Source of the DNA: an uncultured bacterium
Lineage (GTDB): Bacteria; Eisenbacteria; RBG-16-71-46; CAIMUX01; WJJG01
Direction: 5' to 3'
DNA: 64,000 bases
Assembly: GCA_964654025.1 (NCBI GenBank)
Contig: CAZZIF010000002.1
Coordinates: forward strand, 883-64,882
Below are positions 1-8,591 of this stretch, one piece after another; the stretch's first letter is position 1; every line of letters begins with the position of its first letter. The translations under genes were made by a program, and so were the position numbers. Below the pieces are notes generated by a model that had not been told where the DNA came from, made no database searches, and saw only the letters and a program-made list of their open reading frames with translations.

Positions 1-510
1 GATCCAGTGTTGCCGTGCGGTTCGTCGAGATAGCTCTCGATGCCTTGATACTAAACTAAGTTCGGCGTCCGAATCAAGTCCTCTCGCGAAGTTTTCGTCA
101 GATTTTCGACGGCCGCTCACCGGGGCGTTGCGCCGGTCGGCTAGGGCACGGCGCCGTCTCCGATAACTAACCTATTTTCAATGGATTGGCGATTTGGACC
201 GCCACAAGGGACATGTCGATCTGCGGGCAGCGGACCGCCCTCTCAGGGCCGCCGCCTCCTCCTCCCCGTGGACACCCGACCTGCTCCCGAGGGGGTGGGG
301 GGACGGGATTGTCACGAGCAGAGCGAGATCTGGGCCACGCGTCGGGTTGACAAGCCGCAGTATCAATGAGTAATTTGTGCATAGTTCGTTCGGTGTCCGC
401 ACAAAGATGAGCATAGAGCACCAGCTGCTATCTCGCGCATGAGACGACTGCCGGTCAGTGTCATGCGAGCGGCTTGAGACGAACCGTCGCAGGTGAGAGG
501 GAGGGATCGG

Positions 511-1587
511 ATGACCTGGATGAGAATGATCTACTCGGTCTGGGCCGCCCTGCTGGTCGGTCTCGTCCCTCTTTTCGGTACAACGCAGGCCCTGGAGGGG
601 CGCGCCGGGGTAGAGCAGGGTTTGACCGGTGGTGGTGCGGCCGGTGACACGCATGCTGTCGAGCGGAGGCCGATGGTATCAGGCCGCGACGGCCACGGGT
701 TGGGGAAGGCCATCTGTTACGGGCCATACCGGGATGGACAGCGTCCGGGTGGCCCCACACCCACGGCGGCTCAGATCGCCGAGGACCTGCGCTTGATGCA
801 GCCTCATTGGCGCCTGATTCGTCTCTATGGGTCGAGTGAGTTCGGACGTCGCGTTCTCGAAGGGATTCACCTGAATGACCTCGACATGGAGGTGATGCTC
901 GGAGTCTGGATCGCGCCGGAGAGGACGCGGGATGAAGGTGACGCCGAGTCTCAAACCGATGCCGAGGCTGTCGCCGCCAACCGCCGCGAAATCGATGCGG
1001 CCATTGCCTTGGCGAAGGAGTATCCCCATCTGGTCGTGGCGGTCTGCGTGGGCAACGAGACGCAGGTGTCGTGGTCGGCCCATCGGCTCCCGGTTGACGA
1101 TCTCATCCGCGCCATCCGTGAGGTACGTGCCAAGGTGATGGTTCCTGTGACCACGGCGGACGACTACCAGTACTGGCTGACACCGGAGAGTCGAAGGCTG
1201 ACGCGGGAGATCGACTTCATCACCCTTCACGCTCATCCGCTCTGGAATGGCCAGCAGCTAGACGAAGCTCTACCCTGGTTGGACAGACAGGTGGCCGCCG
1301 TGCAGGCGGTGCATCCTGAAACGGCATTGATCATCGGCGAGACCGGCTGGGCCACCGACAAATCTGGCGAAGGAGAACAGGCCCGCCTCATGCGCGGCGA
1401 GACTGGGGAGGCCGAGCAGGCCAGGTTCTATGCGGCGGCACAGGTCTGGGCCTCGCAAGCGGGCCTTCTCACCTTCTACTTCGAAGCCTTTGACGAGAAC
1501 TGGAAGGGTGGCGCCGATCCGCACGATGCGGAGAAGCACTGGGGCTTCTTCCGCGCCGACCGAACGCCCAAGCTCGCTCTTCAGTGA
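511..1587 (+). CDS. Secreted glycoside hydrolase, GH17-like (beta-1,3-glucanase/glucosidase fold)
   Basis: ORF track 493..1587 (GTG). The ATG at 511 has a GGGAGGG RBS 6 nt upstream and is followed by a signal-peptide-like hydrophobic N-terminus. The protein has an ICYGPY...RLYG...VCVGNET motif (the VGNE catalytic Glu of GH17) and a second acidic motif LIIGETGW. Confidence 0.65.
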   Translation: MTWMRMIYSVWAALLVGLVPLFGTTQALEGRAGVEQGLTGGGAAGDTHAVERRPMVSGRDGHGLGKAICYGPYRDGQRPGGPTPTAAQIAEDLRLMQPHWRLIRLYGSSEFGRRVLEGIHLNDLDMEVMLGVWIAPERTRDEGDAESQTDAEAVAANRREIDAAIALAKEYPHLVVAVCVGNETQVSWSAHRLPVDDLIRAIREVRAKVMVPVTTADDYQYWLTPESRRLTREIDFITLHAHPLWNGQQLDEALPWLDRQVAAVQAVHPETALIIGETGWATDKSGEGEQARLMRGETGEAEQARFYAAAQVWASQAGLLTFYFEAFDENWKGGADPHDAEKHWGFFRADRTPKLALQ

Positions 1588-1690
1588 GCGGAAGAACGCG
1601 ATCCACGGGGGGAATCGGCGGCCCGATCGCGACGCCGCACACCCCGATGCGGACCGCGCCGTAGCCAGGCTGTCCATCGCGGGCGCACGG

Positions 1691-3178
1691 CTATCGCAGC
1701 CACCCGCGTCCGGATGCGTCCCGGCGCAGAAGGAGGCACGAGCCTTCGGTGAAGGCGGCGATCCGGCGTTCGAGGCCGTCGCCCATCCCGCTGTCGCCCG
1801 TCGAGCTGTTGCCGTAATCGTCAGCGACTGACGCCGGCACAGAGAGCGGACTGTCGTTGTGTACGACCAGACGGGCGCGGGCCTCCTGTTGTGTCAGCAG
1901 CACCTTGCGGACGTCCTGCGAGAAGATCGATACCACGCCGCCCGGGGGATGCGCGTTGAGACGCTCCAACCCCCGCAACACGCCCCGATAGGTTTCCAGA
2001 ACGACAACCGGGCCGAAGGCTTCCCGGGTGAGGAGCGGATGGTCGTCGGGCACCTTCGCCAAGACGGCGGGTGACAAGAGACTGCCGTTACGGTCTGGGG
2101 GGATCAGGACACGTGCCTCGAGCGCGCTGGCCCGCTCAATCCACTCGAGCACACGATCCGCCTGGGCGGCATCGATGAGTGGACCACTGTGCACGGCTTC
2201 GCCGGCAGGGTCACCGGTGGCCATCTCGCTCGCGACGACCTGCAAGAAGCGGTCGTAGAACCGGCTCGCGATGCGCTCATGGATGAGAATCCGTTGCACG
2301 GATGCGTGAAGCTGCCCGGCGCAGGCGAAGGCGGACGGGGCCAGGGCCGTGGCGGCCGCCTCGGCATCCGCGTCGGATTCGACGAGAGCTGAGGGAAGGC
2401 CGCCCAACGATGCGACCAGTCGACGGCCGGCCTGACGGCGGAGCATCCGGCCGACCTCCACACTCCCGTTGAACGAGACCACTCCCGGGCGCTGGTCCTC
2501 CACCAGGACGGCGGCATCCTCGGCCTGGGCCGGGGTGACCACCACCGTCCCGGGCGGTACGCCGGCCGCCAGCGCGATCCGGCCCAGTTGAAGCGCTGAA
2601 ATGGGGGTCTTGCTGGACGGCTTGACCAAGATCGAGCAGCCGGCCGCCAGCGCCGAAGCGAGTTCGCGTGCGGGAACTCCCAGAGGCTCGCTGAATGGAC
2701 AGATCGACACAACCGGTCCCAGGGGGCGGCGCTGCGCGAGTCCGAGCCGGTGTTCGGTCTGCAGCGTACCGTCGAGTTGACGAAGTCCGCCCGGACGGGA
2801 TGCTGCCAACTCGCCGGCTCTGCGCAGCGTCGCCACGGTCTGGATGACTTCCTCGCGCGCGTAGCGTAGCGGCTTGCCGGCCTCCTCGACCAGAGTGTGC
2901 ACCAGCGCATCGAAGCGATCCTCGACGCCGCTTGCCATGGCGCGCAGCCAGCCCGCGCGCTTGTGGCCCGGCTGGCGCGCAAAGGCCGGGAACGCCCGGT
3001 GCACAATATCCAGTCCATGTTCGAGAAGCCGGGGGTCGGCATGGTGGATCTCAGCCACGATGTGCTGATCGAACGGACTGCGGACCACCTTCGGTTCTCC
3101 GGCGCCCGGGCGCTCATCGTCGAGGATGAGCCCGAAGCACGTGGGGCCAGGGCTGAAATCCGAAGTGGTCTGTTGCAC
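1691..3178 (-). CDS. Aldehyde dehydrogenase family protein (NAD(P)+-dependent)
   Basis: The ORF track extends to 3307. ALDH homology begins near a GTG at 3178..3176, which has an AGGAGG RBS 6 nt upstream. ALDH family-like motifs EEAGKP, FSEPLG, VSFNGS and EAFGPV are present. The ORF-track N-terminal extension runs through an intergenic tandem-repeat array and is not supported. Confidence 0.85.
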   Translation of the reverse strand: MQQTTSDFSPGPTCFGLILDDERPGAGEPKVVRSPFDQHIVAEIHHADPRLLEHGLDIVHRAFPAFARQPGHKRAGWLRAMASGVEDRFDALVHTLVEEAGKPLRYAREEVIQTVATLRRAGELAASRPGGLRQLDGTLQTEHRLGLAQRRPLGPVVSICPFSEPLGVPARELASALAAGCSILVKPSSKTPISALQLGRIALAAGVPPGTVVVTPAQAEDAAVLVEDQRPGVVSFNGSVEVGRMLRRQAGRRLVASLGGLPSALVESDADAEAAATALAPSAFACAGQLHASVQRILIHERIASRFYDRFLQVVASEMATGDPAGEAVHSGPLIDAAQADRVLEWIERASALEARVLIPPDRNGSLLSPAVLAKVPDDHPLLTREAFGPVVVLETYRGVLRGLERLNAHPPGGVVSIFSQDVRKVLLTQQEARARLVVHNDSPLSVPASVADDYGNSSTGDSGMGDGLERRIAAFTEGSCLLLRRDASGRGWLR

Positions 3179-3266
3179 GGGGAGCCTCCTAGGTGAGGTT
3201 TCGGCTGCTGGGCGGTCTCTCCCCAACGCAAATGCGCGTGCGCAGGTGAAGCCGCCCGCAGCCCCG

Positions 3267-3410
3267 TACGCCGGCATGCCGCTGCATGCGGCTGCGTACG
3301 CCGGCATGCGGCTGCGTGCAGCGGCGTGTGGCGGTCTACGGCGGCGTGCAGCGGCGTGTGGTGGCCTACGGCGGTGTGTGGCGGTCTACGGCGGCGTGCA
3401 GCGGCGTGCG
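3267..3410. repeat. Tandem repeat array, ~30-bp unit (GTACGCCGGCATGCSGCTGCRTGCRGCKGC-like) x ~5 with internal 15-bp sub-repeat
   Basis: Direct reading of 3267-3410, immediately 5' of the ALDH start on the minus strand. Confidence 0.8.
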
Positions 3411-3751
3411 GCCAAGCTGCTAACGGCCGGAGGTGGTGTAGATTGAGCGGCGGGTTGCCGATGCATGGCGTAGGTGGTTCGCTCGAGCATCAGAAGGAGC
3501 TTTCCAGGCGAGTGATCGGCATTGCGGAGCCAGGTGCGCAGGGCGTACCCTTGTTCTCTTGCGCTGAAGTTCGAGCGATGCTCGGACACAGCGAGCGATG
3601 GAGCCGGCTTCCCGGGCGAGCGGTTCGGGCGACGCTGTCAGGATGGACGAAGATGGACAAAGATGGACGATGATCGATGATGATCGACGGAGCTTGGATG
3701 TGCCCAGGGAACCTGAGCTGAGCATAGAGAGCCCTATTAAGGAGTAGGTCG

Positions 3752-4705
3752 ATGGGATTCTTAGATCAGTTGTTTGGCAGAAAGAGTTCAGAGCCAGCGA
3801 AGCGGCCCATCATTCGGCCGACGGGTGTGGGGGCGCCGCATCCGAAGCCGCCGTTCGATGAACTCAATAACTACATCATCGTGATCCTCGATAGCTGCCG
3901 GTACGACTCCTTCATGGCAGCCAAGCCGAAGGTCATCACGAAGCTCGGCGAGGTCGAGCAACGCTGGAGCTACGCCTCCTGGACCGGTCCGTCCCACTAC
4001 AATCTGCTCATGGGATTGCTGCCGCATACCAGTCCGGCACACGTCTACGCATCCGACTACTACAAGGAAGATTTCTTGCGATTCAATGAGCGTCTTGGGG
4101 CCGCGGGAATCGAGTTCAGCAGCTTCGTGCCGCATCTGTTCTTTCCAACCTACCTGCGCAACACACTGGGCTACTTCACCCACGCGAAGGTGTCGCTCCC
4201 GGTGCTCAATCCCAAGACCGCTATCAACAAGGACTTCGACTCCTTCAAGTTGATGGACAAGCACAACGACATGAACGCGATGCTCGATGAGTTGACCTTC
4301 TCCACCGAGCGGCCGTCGTTCTACCTCCTGAATGTGGGTGAGACGCACTATCCATATGCCCGGCCCACCGAACCGAAGAACGAGTGGCCCCGCCTGAGTG
4401 GTGTTCACGGCGTCTTCAAGCATCTGGACGACGCGGTGATCGACGGTCAGCTCAAAGAAGACCAGAAGACCGAGCCGTTCTTCGATCAGGAGAAGCTCGA
4501 TATCCTTCGCGGCCGTCAGATCGATACGGTGCAGTACCTCGAAAGCGTTTTCGAGCGCCTCTACGACATGGTGCCGAAGAACACCTACATCACCGTGACC
4601 GCCGACCACGGCGAACTCTTTGGTGAGAAAGGCTACTTCGGACACGGCCCGATCCAGCACGACAAGGTGTTCGAGGTCCCGTTCTTGGAAGGGAAGATCC
4701 GTTAG
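3752..4705 (+). CDS. Alkaline-phosphatase-superfamily metalloenzyme (sulfatase/phosphodiesterase-like), cytoplasmic, function unknown
   Basis: AAGGAG RBS before the ATG at 3752. IIVILDSCRYDSF (metal-ligand Asp/Ser region) and TVTADHGELFGEKGYFGHG (AP-superfamily DHG motif). GC content is visibly lower (~55%) than neighbours. No signal peptide. Confidence 0.5.
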   Translation: MGFLDQLFGRKSSEPAKRPIIRPTGVGAPHPKPPFDELNNYIIVILDSCRYDSFMAAKPKVITKLGEVEQRWSYASWTGPSHYNLLMGLLPHTSPAHVYASDYYKEDFLRFNERLGAAGIEFSSFVPHLFFPTYLRNTLGYFTHAKVSLPVLNPKTAINKDFDSFKLMDKHNDMNAMLDELTFSTERPSFYLLNVGETHYPYARPTEPKNEWPRLSGVHGVFKHLDDAVIDGQLKEDQKTEPFFDQEKLDILRGRQIDTVQYLESVFERLYDMVPKNTYITVTADHGELFGEKGYFGHGPIQHDKVFEVPFLEGKIR

Positions 4706-4766
4706 AGAAGACAACGACTAGAGAAAGCACCGACTAGAGACGGCAACGGCTAGAGAAAGCAACGAC
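4703..4766. repeat. 16-bp tandem repeat x4 (TAGAGAARSCAMCGRC); first unit contains the TAG stop of the upstream gene
   Basis: Direct reading; units at 4703, 4719, 4735, 4751. Confidence 0.85.
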
Positions 4767-4844
4767 CTGTCTCACCAGGGGTCCCGGGATCTTACTGGAC
4801 CATCCTGCCTCACCAGCTCAGTTTGGCGATCGCACGGGATTGTC

Positions 4845-6785
4845 CTATCGCACCACGGCGACCTTGGTCGTGGCTGATCGTCCCTCCGCGTTCCGGGCCA
4901 GTATCAGGTAGGTGCCGGCGGGAACGTCGTGAGCTTCGATCCGGAAAGCAGTGTCCGTGCCGGCTCGCGGCTGACAATGTGTCGAGCGCAACAACCTTCC
5001 CGACGCATCCAGCAGCATGAGCTGGACCCGGCCAGCAGAGTGCGATGCCCCGGACTCCAGAACGCCTTGGATCCAGTTCGTGGAAGGGCCGCAGGATGCG
5101 GCGCGAAGCGTGAAGGTGGCGGGGTCAGCAACGGATACCTGTTCAGAGCGGATCCCCGGAGCCGAACTCATCGAACTGCCGGTACCCTCGATGAGCGTGA
5201 CCCACTGATCGACCAGCCCTCCCCAGGTAGAGGCGTTCCAGTACTCGATGGAGCCGCACGGCCAGCGGACCTCGACTTCCGCTACCTCCTCACGGGAACC
5301 GAGGCCGAAGTGCACCGGATGCATGTTCATCGTTTGGTCCGACGAGGTCGTTTCGACCTGCCGGATGCCCGACCGCCCATCGGGATAGATGAGACTGACC
5401 TGTGCGCCGGCCGCCGTCAGACCGCAGCTCACACCATCACCGCGCAACTCGACCACCATCCAGTGGTGCTCGCTGCTCAACTCGTCCAGATCGTTGCGGA
5501 ACAGATGCTTGCCGTTGTATTCGCCCGACCCGCCGGCGAAGAAGAGGTCGACATCGCCGTCGCGGTCGTAGTCGGCGACCCCAAACCCCTCGATGTTGCG
5601 AAACACCGTGCTCGTGGTGAGACCGTATTCGTCATTGGCGTAGTGGAAACGCCCGTAGTTCTCGGGTCCCTCATTGATATAGAGCCAGGCCGGTCCCCCG
5701 TACCAGGTGGAGCCGAAGAGATCCAGGTCGCCGTCGTTGTCGATATCCGCCCAAAGGGTGTTATGCCATTCCATCCGATTGCCCCAGATGCCGGTCTGGC
5801 CTTCGTCGAAGCCGTTGATCAACTCGACGAATGTGCCATCCCCCTCATTCCGGTAGATCGCGAGCCAGCCGTGGATGTTCGCGACGGCGAGATCGAAGTC
5901 GCCATCGTTGTCAAAATCTCCCCAGGACGCGCCGCTTGCCAAGCCGATCCCGTACTCGCCGTGAGGCTCGATGGCCACGCCCGCCGCGGTGGCAACGTCG
6001 GTGAAGTGACCGGTGCCATCGTTCTGCCAAAGAAAGTTCTCCCAGGACGGATCGGCCCAGTCGACACCGTAGCAAGGCACGAAGATATCCATATCGAAGT
6101 CCTGGTCGTAGTCACAGGCAACGACGGATCGTGAATGACGCTCACCCGCCGGCTCGAGCAACTCGGGAATGGTCCCGCCCGTCACATCCGTGAATACCTC
6201 GCCGCCGTCGGCCTCGAAGAGATGGTCATGGGTGCGTCCGTATTCCGGCGCCCAGTTGCCGAAGGTGGCTTGGTAGACCTCGCAGTAGGCATCACCGTCG
6301 GTATCGACAAAGACCGGCATCGTCGCGCGGGTGTATTCGGGCGCGGTGTAGTAGGCATGATGGGAGAAGGTGAAGTCGGGCGCGCCCGAGTTCTCGAAGT
6401 AGTAGGAGGTGCGTGGGTTGCCTGGTGTGGAATGGGGATCGGCTCCCTGGATACAATCCAGATCGCCATCGTTGTCCGCGTCCGCCCACGACGCACGCAG
6501 AAAATTCGTACCCTCCGGTGGTAGGAGCCCATTGCCCGTCGTGAGTGAGAAGGTCCCGTCGCCGTTGTTCTTGAAAAGAACATCGCGGCTGATGTGAATG
6601 TCAGGCCAACCGTCGTTGTTGTAGTCCGGCCACGAAACACCGTTCGATCCGCCGATGTGCGCGGGCTGCATGCCGAGCGCTTCTTCGGTGACCTCCGTGA
6701 AGATCGCCTTCGCGGTCGTGGTCAGCAAGAAGGTCGCCAGGCAACCCAGGCAGATGGTTGACAGGGAACGAGACATGCATTTCAT
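4845..6785 (-). CDS. Secreted FG-GAP/VCBS-repeat protein with ASPIC/UnbV domain and C-terminal T9SS (Por) sorting domain
   Basis: ATG at 6785 with a GGAGAGG RBS; signal peptide MKCMSRSLSTICLGCLATFLLTTTAKA. Multiple DxDxDGxxD FG-GAP motifs and EVRWPCGSIEYW (UnbV/ASPIC). C-terminal ~80 aa end in GTYLILARNAEGRSATTKVAVVR, typical of a T9SS CTD. Confidence 0.7.
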   Translation of the reverse strand: MKCMSRSLSTICLGCLATFLLTTTAKAIFTEVTEEALGMQPAHIGGSNGVSWPDYNNDGWPDIHISRDVLFKNNGDGTFSLTTGNGLLPPEGTNFLRASWADADNDGDLDCIQGADPHSTPGNPRTSYYFENSGAPDFTFSHHAYYTAPEYTRATMPVFVDTDGDAYCEVYQATFGNWAPEYGRTHDHLFEADGGEVFTDVTGGTIPELLEPAGERHSRSVVACDYDQDFDMDIFVPCYGVDWADPSWENFLWQNDGTGHFTDVATAAGVAIEPHGEYGIGLASGASWGDFDNDGDFDLAVANIHGWLAIYRNEGDGTFVELINGFDEGQTGIWGNRMEWHNTLWADIDNDGDLDLFGSTWYGGPAWLYINEGPENYGRFHYANDEYGLTTSTVFRNIEGFGVADYDRDGDVDLFFAGGSGEYNGKHLFRNDLDELSSEHHWMVVELRGDGVSCGLTAAGAQVSLIYPDGRSGIRQVETTSSDQTMNMHPVHFGLGSREEVAEVEVRWPCGSIEYWNASTWGGLVDQWVTLIEGTGSSMSSAPGIRSEQVSVADPATFTLRAASCGPSTNWIQGVLESGASHSAGRVQLMLLDASGRLLRSTHCQPRAGTDTAFRIEAHDVPAGTYLILARNAEGRSATTKVAVVR

Positions 6786-6953
6786 GATGTCCTCTCCTCG
6801 GAAGCTGTCCGGTCGCCATTTCCCACGATGATGACAGTGGGATTCTAGCACAGATGACTACCAGGGTGGAGAGGAGAGCCGGTCGCCTGCAGCGGCAGAG
6901 CGGTTGTGCTGCTGCCGATGCCGGTACGGTCCGCTACTGGCTCCTGCCGCCGG

Positions 6954-7127
6954 TTACGGACCCCGGGATCGCGTTGCCAAGCCGGCGATGAGCGAGACAA
7001 TGAAGACCACCAGGAAGATGAAGAAGAGGACCTTGGCAATGGCCGCCGCGCCTGCTGCAATGCCGGTGAAGCCGAACAGGGCGGCGATCAGAGCAACGAT
7101 GAAGAAGATCAAAGCCCAACGTAGCAT
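6954..7127 (-). CDS. UPF0391/DUF1328 family small membrane protein (57 aa)
   Basis: Not in the ORF track (<60 aa). Minus-strand translation [50 protein letters not shown]... matches the conserved UPF0391 pattern. AAAGGAG RBS upstream of the ATG at 7127. Confidence 0.6.
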   Translation of the reverse strand: MLRWALIFFIVALIAALFGFTGIAAGAAAIAKVLFFIFLVVFIVSLIAGLATRSRGP

Positions 7128-7225
7128 CCTAGGCTCCTTTCGTGATCACGCAGTTTTTCCAGCCCAGATGTGTTCACGCGTCGCGATCTCAAAACCGGCG
7201 CTCGGCCAGGGGGGGGGAAGAGCCG

Positions 7226-7666
7226 TCATGGCTGGACGGCTTTCTCCAGATTCGTGATGCCGGATTCGATCTTGGCCATTTCCTCGAACAGCTGCGTCCG
7301 GAGCGGGTCGCGGCTCTCCACTGTCACCCTCCGGAGTTGGGCATAGCGGCTCTCGCTCAGTTTGTACTGACGCTCCAGTTCATCGAGCATCTCCCGCCAC
7401 GCATCCGCCTGAGGAAGGTCGCCCTGCTGCCGGATCTGGTCCCTCAGCTCCTCGATCCGCTCCGCCATTCGGTCGAGTTGATCCTGGAGATCCTGCACTT
7501 GCACGGGATGGACGGAGGGGCTCGATGGGTCATCCGAAGGTTCGTCTACTTGTCCCGCGGACTGGCCGGCGGTGTCGTTGTCGTCACCGCCGCATCCCAC
7601 GCCGAGGTGGGCGAACACAACGACCGCCAGGGCGTGAAGCACAACAACCATGTGAGCCTTGTTCAT
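7226..7666 (-). CDS. Lipoprotein, coiled-coil, unknown function
   Basis: Signal peptide plus lipobox (HLGVGCGG). The C-terminal half is charged and helical. GAGGTG RBS. Confidence 0.5.
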   Translation of the reverse strand: MNKAHMVVVLHALAVVVFAHLGVGCGGDDNDTAGQSAGQVDEPSDDPSSPSVHPVQVQDLQDQLDRMAERIEELRDQIRQQGDLPQADAWREMLDELERQYKLSESRYAQLRRVTVESRDPLRTQLFEEMAKIESGITNLEKAVQP

Positions 7667-7935
7667 AACAGCACCTCTAGCAGTAAAAACGCATGCACCT
7701 GTAACACCTGAAGTACCTGAGGCATTTGAAGCACCAGAAGCATTCGCGGTTCACCCCGATCACGGGGCTTCCTCGGTGTCCCGGGTGCGACTGTGCCTAC
7801 GGGGCCCGATGCGCCGAAGACACGCTAGGACCGTAGTGGCCGGCGCGAGCGCGCGGCATAGGGGATGTCCCGGTGTGGTCGTGGGGACCACATCGCTGCC
7901 AGGTCTGGGGCGGAGCGTTCGCTATCGTCAGCATT

Positions 7936-8024
7936 CGGAGCCAGCCGGAGCCATCTGGGACCATCCGGAGCCATCCGGAGTCATCCGGAGTCATCCGGAG
8001 TCATTCAGAGTCATTCAGAGTACG
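7936..8024. repeat. 10-bp tandem repeat (GGAGYCATYC) x ~9
   Basis: Direct reading. Overlaps the 3' end/stop of the NlpC/P60 gene on the minus strand. Confidence 0.85.
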
Positions 8025-8518
8025 CGGCGAGCCATCCAGAAGACCTCGCGCCAATAGGGAGTGTCGATGTTGGAGATCGTGACCCCGCGTTGCCCGCTCG
8101 AATGCACGAACTCTCGTTGACCGAGGTAGATGCCTACGTGGCGACTGCCCGAGCGCCGCTTGAAGAAGACCAGATCGCCGGGAAGCAGATCCGGTCGACT
8201 GATCTTCATGCCGACCTCCACCTGTGTCTTGGTCGTCCGGGGCAGACGGCGGCCGAAGTGGTCGGCGAATACGCGCACCACCAGACCGGAGCAATCGACG
8301 CCACCGCGGCTCATCCCGCCCAAGCGGTAGGCTGTGCCCAGCCAGGGGACGACCGCCTCGCGGAGTTTCTTCTCGACCGCGCTGGCAGTTGCGGCGACCG
8401 CCGGATCACTGGCGGGGTGGCGGGGGGGCGGTGCGCTGGGTCCACAGCCGTTCATCAACAGGCCTCCTGACAAGGTCAAGGCCAGTATGAAGAGAAGTCG
8501 ACTTCGGGCTCGATTCAT
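8015..8518 (-). CDS. NlpC/P60 (C40) family cell-wall peptidase lipoprotein
   Basis: Lipoprotein signal (LLMNGCG). Conserved GTAYRLGG...GVDCSGLV catalytic-Cys motif and downstream His. Confidence 0.75.
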   Translation of the reverse strand: MNRARSRLLFILALTLSGGLLMNGCGPSAPPPRHPASDPAVAATASAVEKKLREAVVPWLGTAYRLGGMSRGGVDCSGLVVRVFADHFGRRLPRTTKTQVEVGMKISRPDLLPGDLVFFKRRSGSRHVGIYLGQREFVHSSGQRGVTISNIDTPYWREVFWMARRVL

Positions 8519-8591
8519 GGGCTTGATCCGGTTTCATCGTGGCCGCCGAGGCTACGCCACACGTGCTCTCTCCAATCCTAGTCCATTCGAC

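Noticed and set aside
2104-3231. 375-aa Arg/Ser/Pro-rich minus-strand ORF overlapping the ALDH gene
   Set aside because: It is an alternative frame of a high-GC coding region with no RBS and low-complexity composition. The ALDH frame has clear family motifs.
6904-7257. 117-aa plus-strand ORF (MCCCRCRYG...)
   Set aside because: The region is better explained by the minus-strand 57-aa UPF0391/DUF1328 membrane protein, which has a conserved sequence and its own RBS. The plus ORF is Cys/Arg-rich and has no RBS.
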